Below, one piece after another: positions 28,116 through 37,353 of a stretch of DNA of 64,000 nt. Under the pieces are notes generated by a model that made no database searches, was not told the DNA's origin, and saw only the letters and a list, made by a program, of their open reading frames with translations. Each line of letters begins with the position of its first letter. The first letter of the stretch is position 1. The stretch is from an uncultured bacterium. GTDB taxonomy: Bacteria; Oederibacteriota; JAAXVQ01; JAUVAV01. The translations under genes and the position numbers were made by a program. Where the stretch lies: NCBI GenBank assembly GCA_963710755.1, contig CAVQBK010000003.1, positions 211,605 through 275,604 of the forward strand, read 5' to 3'.

Positions 28116-28236
28116 AAAAATCTTCCTTTTGTTACTAATTTGCTACCAAGAGTATATCCAATTCATAAAAGGAGATCAAGCCAATTGTACATAACTTGCC
28201 ATTTACTTATTTTCTACAAACCTCTAATGTTGCCCT

Positions 28237-28548
28237 ATGCCTTCAAAATCTAAAGAGAAAAATATAATCCAAGTTACCTTAGGTCATATTATAAGGGACT
28301 TACGCTACAAGCTTCACCTTACTCAAGAACAGTTGGCCGAACGGGCTAGTGTAAACCGTTCCTATATTGCTGATCTTGAATTAGGCGGACGCAACATGGC
28401 CTTTCGCAATATTCTACGGCTATCCGTCGCCCTGGAAATCACGCCAGATAAATTATTCAAATTGCTTCTCAAACGACTTGAAACAGATCAAAAAGGATTT
28501 GATTTGAAGAAGTTTATGGAAAAAGATAAGTGGGTGGAGAGAGGGTAA
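28237..28548 (+). CDS. XRE-family HTH transcriptional regulator, copy 2 (diverged)
   Basis: 103 aa, ~60% identical to copy 1 over the HTH but with an identical last 11 codons and identical downstream tail. Confidence 0.7.
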   Translation: MPSKSKEKNIIQVTLGHIIRDLRYKLHLTQEQLAERASVNRSYIADLELGGRNMAFRNILRLSVALEITPDKLFKLLLKRLETDQKGFDLKKFMEKDKWVERG

Positions 28549-28628
28549 AGGTAGGTATCAAAATAACAGCATGTATTTCCCCTCGCCCCGTGCCAGCGGG
28601 GAGAGGTTGGGTGAGGGGCCCACTACAC

Positions 28629-28691
28629 TCCTCCCCCAGGAAAAGTCACGTATCAGGTGGATACCGTCTCTGTACACAATAGGTAATTAAG
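28629..28691. repeat. R2 repeat (copy 3, degenerate)
   Basis: CTCCTCCCCCAGGAAAAGTC... aligns with the 5' part of the other R2 copies and ends ...GGTAATTAAG. Confidence 0.4.
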
Positions 28692-28724
28692 CAAGACCGT
28701 CCCCTTTATACAAAAGAAAAATGC

Positions 28725-28931
28725 TTGGATATGGTCTTGAAAGCGTTAGAAACGATGGAGCAAGGGGATAGAAATCTCGTTGTCCAGGAATTATTAGATC
28801 TATTGCAGAACAATGAATTTAAAGATTCCACATGGGCTAAAAGTGATCAAAAACGATTTAAAAAAGAGCTTGAAAAGTTCAGATGGTGTCGCCGGTTGCT
28901 TGGGATATTAGAAACGAAAATAAAAGAATGA
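28725..28931 (+). CDS. Small helical hypothetical protein (68 aa)
   Basis: ORF in the AT-rich spacer upstream of the STAND gene. No homology recognised. Could be non-coding. Confidence 0.25.
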   Translation: MDMVLKALETMEQGDRNLVVQELLDLLQNNEFKDSTWAKSDQKRFKKELEKFRWCRRLLGILETKIKE

Positions 28932-29028
28932 TTCTGATATAAAAAACTATATGACAATATATCGACATCCATCCCGCCATTAGCCACGGAAATGCGCATT
29001 TCAGTAACTATAACAGTGTGGTCGCCTA

Positions 29029-32000
29029 TTAGGAGGCCAACCGAACTTCGCGAAATGCCTCGCTAAGCTGAAGCGCTGCACTTCGCCTGTCGCCCATGTC
29101 GACTAGAATGTCGAGAATCCGCAGGAACTTCTGAGCAAGAGCCATTTTCATGGGCGTATCACGATGTGCGAAGTACTGAACAAGCTCCGCAATACGTGCC
29201 GGAATGAACGTTCCATGCCAACCCTTTAGGTTGTCGGGTCCGTTATTAATAATCGAGAGCACTTGGTCCGCGAAGGCTTCTGTTGGATAGTTTGCCCTTG
29301 CTCGTTCACAGAGCGTCAAAAATGGGGCCATCACAGAAGCGGCCCATCCGCTGGCGCGAACGAATCGATTGATCAGGGGTAGGATACGGTCAATTTCTGA
29401 CCAGTCACCATTGACGTAGCGAGCAGCTAAGTCCGCGCCTTCGACGGAGACAAACATTAAAGTGCGAACAAGATCAGGCTGATCGAAACCTGTGAGTTCA
29501 CCACTCCGGTAAGTGTCGCGTTTGAAAACGGAATCCTGTAAAAGACGTTCAAGACACAGGTTCAGCATCACGATTGCATCGGCTGGAACGACCGGCGCAT
29601 CGTACACATAGGCGCAGACATAAGTACTCGCGAAGGGGGAAAGGAGAGCCCAGCAATTGTCGCCTTTGAGGTTCAGAATCGGGTCGAGGAAGCGGGTTTG
29701 AAAGTCGGCAAGCGGGATAAAACCAGCCACCTGGCCCAGCCGCGATCCAAGCGTATGCGTCCACTCGAAAATCTGGGTTGATGATTTATTTCGGCGTCCA
29801 GGCTTCACCCATGCTGGCTCATTCTTTTGATTGGTCCAGTCGAGAACACCAGCGAGGAAATCGAGAAGTGAGTTCATTGCGCTACTTTGCAGAACCTTAT
29901 CAAAGGGGATGTGCTTAAGAATTTTTGCTGCCTGCTTGGAATGCCAAATAACGTTTGGTTCACCCCATGCCTCAGCTGCGTCGGTAGCATCATCAGCATC
30001 GATATCTTCATAGCTTTGATGCCCACGTCGGCTCTTTCCTTGTTCGACTTTCACCCAGGCTGGAGGCGGTAACGGAAGGGAAGCCCATCCGCTTCCATTC
30101 TCGTAGAACTCAAGCGCCGCATCGATCGCCGCTTGCGCTTCACTCATCGAATGGAGTGCTTCATTGTGTTGACGGGCCTGGCTGCGCGGCCGTAGTGGGA
30201 CGTGACAGAGCGAAAATGCTAAGACCAGCGCCGCCCAAGTCAATCTGGGATCCTTGGACCAAAGCTTACACGATTCTTCAAGCGCGGCTAATGAAACAAT
30301 CTCCAATGGGTGCGCAATCAGCCCAAGAAGGTCGCGAATCGCACCGCGTTCCGCTGTACTTTCGCGGATATCCGCTGCGATGCCGCGCGCCACGTAGATC
30401 GCCTGATGCCATGGGATAATGGAACTGGGAGACTGCATCAAATCGGGCTTTTCTGGCAGAAGGATAGCACGTTTTAATACATCACGAGCCCACTTGAGAT
30501 CTTCTTGACTACACCCTTTTCGAAATGTGAGCGCGATGGCAGCGGTGGCGGCAACTGCACCTCGACGTATACCCAACTGCACTTCTTCGTTCTCATCTTT
30601 CGGTTGTTTGAATAAATCGTTGGCGTCAGCTTCTCTGGCCATTGCAATGGCATCTTGAATATCGTAACTGTCGTTGAGTCCCTTCTTTTCAAATGACTTG
30701 CACGCCCACGTCCACAAGCTGGTCAGATTAAGATATTTAGTTGCCTCTTCGACCCTGGCGATATTTTCAGGTTCAGCATCGGAAGGACTAACGTGGACAA
30801 TTGTTAGCTGGTCTGAATCCTTTTCCGTGCGGTAGGCCTGATAGTTGTGCGGGTCTGTAAACTCGGCATATTTAATGGCTTGTTCCATGAGGTGTTTCCT
30901 TACCTCTGGAATATTGCGCTGCTCCTCGTACTGAAAAGGCAAATTATTCTTGAAATCGAGAATCGCATTGCGGGTTTGGTTACGGATCGGTCCTGTCGCA
31001 AAAACAAACATAGGCACCATCCAACTAAGCTGCTTTTTGCGAACCGGCCTGGCATTTGCTGCTTGGATCGCATCAACGTGAGGTTTATCGGTGCGAGATG
31101 TAAAACCTATTAGATTAGTAGTCGGAGCAATATCTTGCTCCCATCGATGTTGGTCGGCAGCTAGCAAACGTTGTGAGATGAAGAGTGGCAATGTCGTTTC
31201 GGACACAGTTTCGGTATTGAGCGCAAGCATTGCCGCAATGCCTAGGATGGCGATGCATTCGTTTCCCTCTATGATTTGCTGGATTATCTCATCAACGGGC
31301 CGACCACGCTCAAGCTCGGTGAAGCACCATTCTTCGAGTGCCATAAACCCGCAGCCGATGGCATTGGGCGCCCATGTAGAACGAAACCAAAGATACTCCC
31401 GGTCAGTACCCCAGAATTTCTGGGTACCCCAGGGAAACCTCAGTTCAAGCGGTATAGGTGTGCCGGGGGGATTTTCATGATATCGTGAATAACAATGTAG
31501 TTGTCGCCACGCGGTCATCGCGTGATTGCATAGTTCCCGAAGGAGTCTCAAAGCCTCGGCGGGTGAAAACTTAAAAAGTGAGTAAAAGGGCTCTCGAAGC
31601 GGTGAAGGAGGCAAGAAACTTTGATGGTCATCGTGGATCGATAGCCTTTCACAGTCGTGGAAACTAAAATCACCTATGGCTCGCAGAGAATGTCCGAACG
31701 AAAGTGACATTTGTTCTTGGCGCGTGCGCTCAGCTTTCGGCTTGGCAAGGACTGTTTTGCGCCACTCGGCCGCACGATGAAGTTCCTGTCTTTCGCGGGC
31801 GACTTGCTCGTCTGGTAGTTCCTCTCGCAGGAACGCCAATGAAAGTTCGACGACCGACTGAGGGAGTGATTGGGCGAGGACAGGTGAGTAGACGATGATG
31901 TCGTGAAAAGCGTCGTCACGGATACGCTCTGAGTTGGCCACCCGCTGCAAGTAGTCGGCGGCAAAGATCGGCTCAGATCTCGACGATTTTAAGAGGAGTT

Positions 32001-34365
32001 GAGAGAGGGATTTTTGAAAGCCACCGGGGTCGGGCATGGTGGCGAGCCAGGTGGCGCATTGCTGCAGCAGAGCGCGAGACGTTGGATTGGGCAAATCTGC
32101 AAGTGCATTTTGCCAGACCTCGAAGATAGCGACGATCTCCGGATAGAGCCTCTGCGGTATATCCGAAATGCGTCTGAGGATAAAGTTGATGAGGCGACGC
32201 CACGCGGCGAAGTCGGAAGGCCAACCGAGAAGATCAGCGAATCGTTGGCGTTGATCCGGTGGAAGCGCACCAGCGAGGATGTTCGCATTCGGAGTGGTCT
32301 TTTCAGCTTGAAACCAGACAAGCACCTTTCTGAAAAGCCGGAAGTCGTCGGCAAAGATGGCCGTCGCAAACTGGTCCTCATCAGCTTCGAACTTCGCAGT
32401 TCCGAGGGGACCGACTAGCCAAGCACGCAGCCATTGTGATCTAAGGTCCGAACCCTCGGTTTTGGCGAGGTAGGCGCACCATTCTTTTCCCTGTGTGTAC
32501 TCCCATTGGGAAGAGAGTTCGACGACGCGCGCGACCGCTGGCGGCTCCCCGGAAGCCTTAATCTCTTCCATCCATTGGGCCCCGCGATCAGCCAAGACAT
32601 AGAAAAAGGCCCATTCGAAGAAGATATCGTGGGCGAAGCGGACGGATATCCCTTCACGAGCATTTTGGAGTATGCCATCTGATCTTAGGTCATCGATGTG
32701 TGCGACTGAAGTGAGCTGGCTAAGGCAAATCGGCTGGCTAAGATTGCGAGCACGAACAGAAGCTAAATTGAGCAGCGCTCGCTGGCGTTCAATTGCGTCT
32801 TGTCCATTCTCATTATAACCGCCCCGCTGCCACCAATTCTCGATCAAATCTACTTCAGATTGAGGAGCGAATGTCGGGGCGCCGGGGTCGGCTACGTAAC
32901 TTTGGTTTAGCACTTTCGCAAAAAAGGGTCGTCGGACAATCTCTTTCACCTGGGGTAATCCAAACAGAAGTGGTCTCAGGTGTGGTTTGGCTTTTGCGAG
33001 TAGCTCAGCCTCTTCGTCGCTCAGCTGATCAACGCTAAGCGTCTCGACATTCAGGACATCAAGGAACTCGCCTAACCAATTGCGAAGAACTTCAATACCG
33101 GTGTTGCGAAGGGAGACGACGGTTCGCCAGTTGTCAAGCAGCGGTGACTCCACAATGGTGCGGATTACGTCGAGAATGATGGGCTGATGCTCCTTCTCAA
33201 TACGATCGATTGCATCGATGAACAAAATGGAAGTGCCAGATGCTCCGATCTCAACGAGAAGTTGCTCCAAGGGAGCACCAGAGAGACCCTGCGAAGTCGC
33301 ATAACTGATCCAACTGGTGCCTTCGAGCTGTTCGGCTTTGAGGAAGAAAACTGGCCCGCGTACTAGCGCGCGCTCTACCGCTCGCCTCACTACGACTGAT
33401 TTGCCACTTCCCGGCAGGCCGCGAACCTGGACAACACGGGCTGTAGTTAGCTTGGCGTCCAGGTCTCCTAGGAGCGAGGCTCGGTCGAGCTTTGATCCGC
33501 CAACATCGTCAGGAATGAGGTTTGTGTAACTCTTTGTGAGTTCCGTTAATCTGTCGAGATCAAGACGCAAGGAGGTCGCGCCGCGAAAGCGTACCACAGG
33601 GGAGATCATGCGCACAAGCCGCGCGCGGTCAAACTGGCCCGATTTGCCTGCTGAAGCGCGGGCTAACTGAACGATCTTTGACCAAACGAAGGGTGCCTTG
33701 GCTGCGTCATCGGGCACGAGGCAATCTCCGATGCGATTAATTGCATCCGGGGGATCAGTGGCGCCTTCACGAAGGAAATCGAATTGGATCAGAACGAAGT
33801 GCGCAAGGAACCGATGCACTTCTTCATTTGTGCACGGCGCCCCCTTTGCATCTTCCATCAGAGCAACTACGTTGTTCTTGACTGTTTTGAGCTCAGCACT
33901 AGCGCCGCCATCCTTCGCAAAGCGAGCGTTAAAATGATCCGCGGTCAGACTTTCACGGGCCCAATCGCAAAGGGTTTTAAGCGCTCGTTCTTTGGCGGGG
34001 GTAACCGTGCCAACTGCTGACCCGTAGCGGTCGACGTTGATGCGGAAGTCAGCTTTTTTGAGGGTAGCCCAACTGTTGCGGATAATGTCGCGAAAGTCGG
34101 TGTTAGTTTCCGCCTTGCTTATTGTGAGCGAACGCTTCACCTGGAGGCTAAGGCGAGCGGGTTTCTTTGCTGCATCTTCAAAATCAACAATCACATCATC
34201 GAGCGGTTCGCCGAAGTCGCGCTGTTGAACCGACACGCGAACAACGGTTCGATCATCAATGCCGGGTGCATATGCTTCGGCTAGAAGCGCGGTGAGATAG
34301 AACGCGGCCGCGTCACCCTCAAAGGTAAAACCTTCACCGCCGGCGAGTTCAGTTGATTGTGGCAT
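29029..34365 (-). CDS. Giant STAND-type P-loop NTPase with N-terminal Cap4-like (DUF4297) nuclease-like domain and ~1350-aa helical C-terminal region; putative Avs/bNACHT-like antiviral sensor-effector (1778 aa)
   Basis: N-terminus GGEGFTFEGDAAAFYLTALL...DDVIVDFED...LSLQVKRS fits the DUF4297 GGxGFxFQ start plus a D...(D/E)xK-like core. Walker A VRGLPGSGKSVV at aa ~306-313 and Walker B ILFIDAIDRIE at aa ~369-379. The long C-terminal region has no other catalytic motif. Confidence 0.6.
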   Translation of the reverse strand: MPQSTELAGGEGFTFEGDAAAFYLTALLAEAYAPGIDDRTVVRVSVQQRDFGEPLDDVIVDFEDAAKKPARLSLQVKRSLTISKAETNTDFRDIIRNSWATLKKADFRINVDRYGSAVGTVTPAKERALKTLCDWARESLTADHFNARFAKDGGASAELKTVKNNVVALMEDAKGAPCTNEEVHRFLAHFVLIQFDFLREGATDPPDAINRIGDCLVPDDAAKAPFVWSKIVQLARASAGKSGQFDRARLVRMISPVVRFRGATSLRLDLDRLTELTKSYTNLIPDDVGGSKLDRASLLGDLDAKLTTARVVQVRGLPGSGKSVVVRRAVERALVRGPVFFLKAEQLEGTSWISYATSQGLSGAPLEQLLVEIGASGTSILFIDAIDRIEKEHQPIILDVIRTIVESPLLDNWRTVVSLRNTGIEVLRNWLGEFLDVLNVETLSVDQLSDEEAELLAKAKPHLRPLLFGLPQVKEIVRRPFFAKVLNQSYVADPGAPTFAPQSEVDLIENWWQRGGYNENGQDAIERQRALLNLASVRARNLSQPICLSQLTSVAHIDDLRSDGILQNAREGISVRFAHDIFFEWAFFYVLADRGAQWMEEIKASGEPPAVARVVELSSQWEYTQGKEWCAYLAKTEGSDLRSQWLRAWLVGPLGTAKFEADEDQFATAIFADDFRLFRKVLVWFQAEKTTPNANILAGALPPDQRQRFADLLGWPSDFAAWRRLINFILRRISDIPQRLYPEIVAIFEVWQNALADLPNPTSRALLQQCATWLATMPDPGGFQKSLSQLLLKSSRSEPIFAADYLQRVANSERIRDDAFHDIIVYSPVLAQSLPQSVVELSLAFLREELPDEQVARERQELHRAAEWRKTVLAKPKAERTRQEQMSLSFGHSLRAIGDFSFHDCERLSIHDDHQSFLPPSPLREPFYSLFKFSPAEALRLLRELCNHAMTAWRQLHCYSRYHENPPGTPIPLELRFPWGTQKFWGTDREYLWFRSTWAPNAIGCGFMALEEWCFTELERGRPVDEIIQQIIEGNECIAILGIAAMLALNTETVSETTLPLFISQRLLAADQHRWEQDIAPTTNLIGFTSRTDKPHVDAIQAANARPVRKKQLSWMVPMFVFATGPIRNQTRNAILDFKNNLPFQYEEQRNIPEVRKHLMEQAIKYAEFTDPHNYQAYRTEKDSDQLTIVHVSPSDAEPENIARVEEATKYLNLTSLWTWACKSFEKKGLNDSYDIQDAIAMAREADANDLFKQPKDENEEVQLGIRRGAVAATAAIALTFRKGCSQEDLKWARDVLKRAILLPEKPDLMQSPSSIIPWHQAIYVARGIAADIRESTAERGAIRDLLGLIAHPLEIVSLAALEESCKLWSKDPRLTWAALVLAFSLCHVPLRPRSQARQHNEALHSMSEAQAAIDAALEFYENGSGWASLPLPPPAWVKVEQGKSRRGHQSYEDIDADDATDAAEAWGEPNVIWHSKQAAKILKHIPFDKVLQSSAMNSLLDFLAGVLDWTNQKNEPAWVKPGRRNKSSTQIFEWTHTLGSRLGQVAGFIPLADFQTRFLDPILNLKGDNCWALLSPFASTYVCAYVYDAPVVPADAIVMLNLCLERLLQDSVFKRDTYRSGELTGFDQPDLVRTLMFVSVEGADLAARYVNGDWSEIDRILPLINRFVRASGWAASVMAPFLTLCERARANYPTEAFADQVLSIINNGPDNLKGWHGTFIPARIAELVQYFAHRDTPMKMALAQKFLRILDILVDMGDRRSAALQLSEAFREVRLAS

Positions 34366-34788
34366 CGCTAGCCTGCATTAATGCTTTAATCATTTTCCGT
34401 TTCCCCATAACAACTTTTTAACCTACCTATAACGTTGGAATAATAAAGCTTTCCCGGTTTGCATTGAGCATAGTTTTTATCACCCTTATATACTATGAAA
34501 CCGTTTTTTACCAAGATTTTATTGAATTTTCCAATGAAATTAACTCCACCCTTGAGCAGCCTCAAGTACCAGCGGCAAATAGCAGTCCAGGTGTGGTAAA
34601 TAAAAGCTGGTAGCTTATAAAATACCCCCCCCTATTTCCATTGCTATCTCCTCGACTCTATGGCCCTATGTGCCTGAGTGGGAGAGGAGAGGGTAATCCG
34701 ATGAAACAAACCCTTTTAAACTAGGGGACGTTGGTTCTTAGGATGCAATACGATTGCTAAAGCCTTCGCCTTTTAATACAATTAAAAC

Positions 34789-34971
34789 ATGCCAAGACAA
34801 GCTCGCCTAGACATACCAGGTGCCCTCCACCATAGCATGATCCGGGGGACCAATAAGTCTGCTGTTTTTAAAAGCAAGCAAGATAAACTCTGCTTCCTCG
34901 AATGTCTCGGTGATAAAATAGTGCGGGTTAAGGCAATTAAAGCAGCGGCGGAGTGGAAGGAAGCTCGTTGA
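34789..34971 (+). pseudogene. N-terminal fragment of an IS200-like Y1 (HuH) transposase gene
   Basis: MPRQARLDIPGALHHSMIRGTNKSAVF parallels the N-terminus of the minus-strand copy (MARQKRLSIPGAIYHIITRG). It loses homology after ~45 codons and runs antisense into the neighbouring fragment. Confidence 0.5.
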
Positions 34972-34980
34972 TATATAAAA

Positions 34981-35256
34981 TTAGTGGGAAGAGATGAAAC
35001 CAGGGCGTCGGCGCGGCAGTGTGGAATTCCGGTGCCAGCCGCCATCGCCTTTGGTTGGTCGCAGAAGTAAATGCACATGATTGCTCATCAGCGCCCAGCC
35101 ATAGCACTGGCAAGTGGTTTTTTCTAGAGCAAATGATAATCGTTCCAGAAATTCTCGTCGATCACGATCATCTTTGAATAGTGCCATCCCATTTAAACCG
35201 CGCGTGATGATGTGATAGATTGCACCTGGTATGCTTAATCGTTTTTGTCTGGCCAT
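34981..35256 (-). pseudogene. Truncated/frameshifted IS200-like Y1 transposase (RAYT-like; HuH motif HVHLLL present)
   Basis: MARQKRLSIPGAIYHIITRG...WALMSNHVHLLLRP, then the frame degenerates. A continuation ORF lies in another frame (34782-35078). Confidence 0.55.
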
Positions 35257-35403
35257 GTTTGGTTAGACCAGCGAATCCTAATTTCCTTCCAGTTTTTTGT
35301 TTTCATTAAGCTTATAAGCTTACTCCGGCCCCCAACCCCATTTCAACTCTGGACGCTCGATATTCGCGCTGTTTCATGAAACAAACAATGGGTTGTGTAT
35401 ATC

Positions 35404-35432
35404 TTGACAACCAATAGTGTCTGCGCCATAAT
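35404..35432 (+). promoter_or_regulatory. Sigma70-type promoter: TTGACA (35404-35409), 17-bp spacer, CATAAT (35427-35432)
   Basis: Consensus-like hexamers with ideal spacing, ~40 bp upstream of the ArsR-family gene start. Confidence 0.5.
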
Positions 35433-35439
35433 TAGATGG

Positions 35440-35455
35440 TTAGATAACTATCTAA
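35440..35455 (+). promoter_or_regulatory. Putative ArsR/SdpR operator: palindrome TTAGATA-AC-TATCTAA
   Basis: 7-2-7 perfect inverted repeat just downstream of the -10 and overlapping the predicted transcription start, a classic autorepressor arrangement. Confidence 0.5.
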
Positions 35456-35472
35456 CAACAAAAGGAGTGCGG

Positions 35473-35781
35473 ATGACAAAGAGCAATGCGTTTTTTCAAG
35501 CATTGGCCGACCCGACCCGGCGCCAGATTCTTAAATTGTTGCAGCACGCCGAGCAAACACCGGGCGAGCTGCTGGAGCATTTTGTTATGACCAAGCCGTC
35601 GTTGTCCCATCATTTGGATATTTTGAAAAAAGCGGATTTGGTGGAAACCCGGCGACAGGGGCAAAATATTTACTATTCTTTAAAGACCAGTGTATTTGAA
35701 GATGTGGTGGCTTTTTTGCTGGACTTCACGGGCAAACCAATAAGTAAAGCCGGCACACGCCGGCAAAAAAAGAAAGGTTGA
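35473..35781 (+). CDS. ArsR/SmtB-family transcriptional repressor (SdpR-like)
   Basis: ALADPTRRQILKLL...ELLEHFVMTKPSLSHHLDILKKADLV is the ArsR winged-HTH signature. RBS AAAGGAG 7 nt upstream of ATG 35473. The track ORF start at 35395 is overextended. Confidence 0.75.
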   Translation: MTKSNAFFQALADPTRRQILKLLQHAEQTPGELLEHFVMTKPSLSHHLDILKKADLVETRRQGQNIYYSLKTSVFEDVVAFLLDFTGKPISKAGTRRQKKKG

Positions 35782-35786
35782 GGAAC

Positions 35787-36440
35787 ATGTATACCATTGA
35801 ATGGAAAAAAGAGATTCCGGCTTTTGTTTTACTGGCCGTGGTGCTACTGGTGGTGGGGTTGATGTATCCGGCTTTACCCGAACGCCTGCCCATGCACTGG
35901 AACATCCAGGGTGAGGTGGACGGCTGGGTGGCCAAATCCTGGGGCAGTGTTTTCTGGATGCCCCTGATGTGCGTGGCCATGCATTTTCTTATGCTTTTTT
36001 TGCCGCTGATTGATCCCCGGAAAGAACGGTATGCCCAATTTTTACGCCCGTATCGTCAAATCCGGTATGGCTTGGTCATTTATTTGAGCTTGGTCTCCAT
36101 TCTGGTGCTGGTCGCAGCTATAATTCCGGCCATTCCGGTGCATTATATTATTGCCGGAACCGTATCCTTGCTCATGATTGTGATTGGAAATTATCTGGGC
36201 AAGTTGCGGCCGAACTGGTTTGTGGGCATCCGGCTGCCGTGGACTCTGGAGAATGAGGAAGTCTGGATACGCACGCACCGCTTGGGCGGCAAGCTGTTTG
36301 TGCTGGTGGGCATTATGGGTCTGATCGGACTTTTCTTCAAGCCCGTGGTTACCTTTGCGCTATTCTTTGGAAGCTTGTTGGTAACATTGGTTATTGTAGT
36401 GGTGTATGCGTTTCAATTGTATCGGAAGTTGAGTGGGTGA
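35787..36440 (+). CDS. SdpI/YhfL-family membrane protein (DUF1648 plus SdpI immunity-like domain)
   Basis: Polytopic. NWFVGIRLPWTLENEEVW matches the SdpI-family NxxxGxRxxWTL..EEvW motif. ATG 35787 has a GAGGA RBS; the track start TTG at 35778 is less likely. Confidence 0.65.
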   Translation: MYTIEWKKEIPAFVLLAVVLLVVGLMYPALPERLPMHWNIQGEVDGWVAKSWGSVFWMPLMCVAMHFLMLFLPLIDPRKERYAQFLRPYRQIRYGLVIYLSLVSILVLVAAIIPAIPVHYIIAGTVSLLMIVIGNYLGKLRPNWFVGIRLPWTLENEEVWIRTHRLGGKLFVLVGIMGLIGLFFKPVVTFALFFGSLLVTLVIVVVYAFQLYRKLSG

Positions 36441-36513
36441 TTATTTAATCTATTTCTATGCTTTTTCTGCGAAGGCAATGGGACAGGCAAGGGGACACCT
36501 ATAATTTAATAAC

Positions 36514-36692
36514 TATTCTCCATCGATGATAATAGGAAGCAAAGATGGGTTTTCCTTGATTATCTGTGCACCTTGCCGGAATAACCTGCTGGCGGCAGGC
36601 TGACTGATACCCAGCCGATCGGCCAATGCTGTTTGCCGTTCGTGCTGATAGTCGCATGCCAAATAAATGGCCAAACTCCGGGCTTTCGCCAT
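36514..36692 (-). pseudogene. C-terminal fragment of a Y1 transposase-like gene with DnaA-C-like HTH
   Basis: Minus-strand translation MAKARSLAIYLACDYQHERQTALADRLGISQPAASRLFRQGAQIIKENPSLLPII resembles the C-terminal HTH tail of IS200-like proteins of the MARQARLDIPGALHH family. Isolated, with no upstream catalytic part. Confidence 0.4.
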
Positions 36693-36774
36693 GTTTCGCG
36701 ATGATCTGCCTTTTCTATTTAGAGAAAAAAGTGGCTGGCACCGATTTCGCTACTCCTTGAGTAAAAAATCTAAT

Positions 36775-37077
36775 TTACTCAAACCAACTGGTCAGGAAAT
36801 CTTGGCATTTATGAAGCTTAAATTCTGTAATTCGATATTCTTGAATGCCTGCTTTCACCAATGGATCATCATTACAAAATTTCTCAATGTCTTCACATTT
36901 TACTATAATTATCCCTCCTCCAGCACCAACTTTGGGACCAGAGACAAGCACTGATCCGTCTTTAAACCCAATATCAAGATATTCTAGATGTGCCTTAATC
37001 GCTTTTTCCATTTCTTTTTGTACAGGAAGGTTTTCTACGAATGAACCTTCCAATGTGTAATATTTATTTCCGTTCAT
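36775..37077 (-). CDS. YciI-like protein (Dabb fold)
   Basis: 100 aa. ...DGSVLVSGPKVGAGGGIIIVKCEDIEKFCNDDPLVKAGIQEYRITEF is typical of the YciI family. AT-rich. Confidence 0.55.
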   Translation of the reverse strand: MNGNKYYTLEGSFVENLPVQKEMEKAIKAHLEYLDIGFKDGSVLVSGPKVGAGGGIIIVKCEDIEKFCNDDPLVKAGIQEYRITEFKLHKCQDFLTSWFE

Positions 37078-37353
37078 TGATTTCCTTCCAATATTCTTAA
37101 TGTATTAGAATTGCTCTGCTAATTTCTGCATATTGCCTATAACGTTCCTGGCACATACGATGTTGCGTCTGACACTTGAAGTTACATTATCCTTTTAGCT
37201 TTTTTAAAGCAACAAATTTTTTGACCTAAATCAAGCAAGCAATATGGCGTAGCCCAAGCGACCGCAGGGCGCGCAGCGTTATGTGCCGTGTTGAACTAAA
37301 CCTTCGGTAATAAAATTATTGCGTAGATTCATTGACTACCTATCATGATATGT

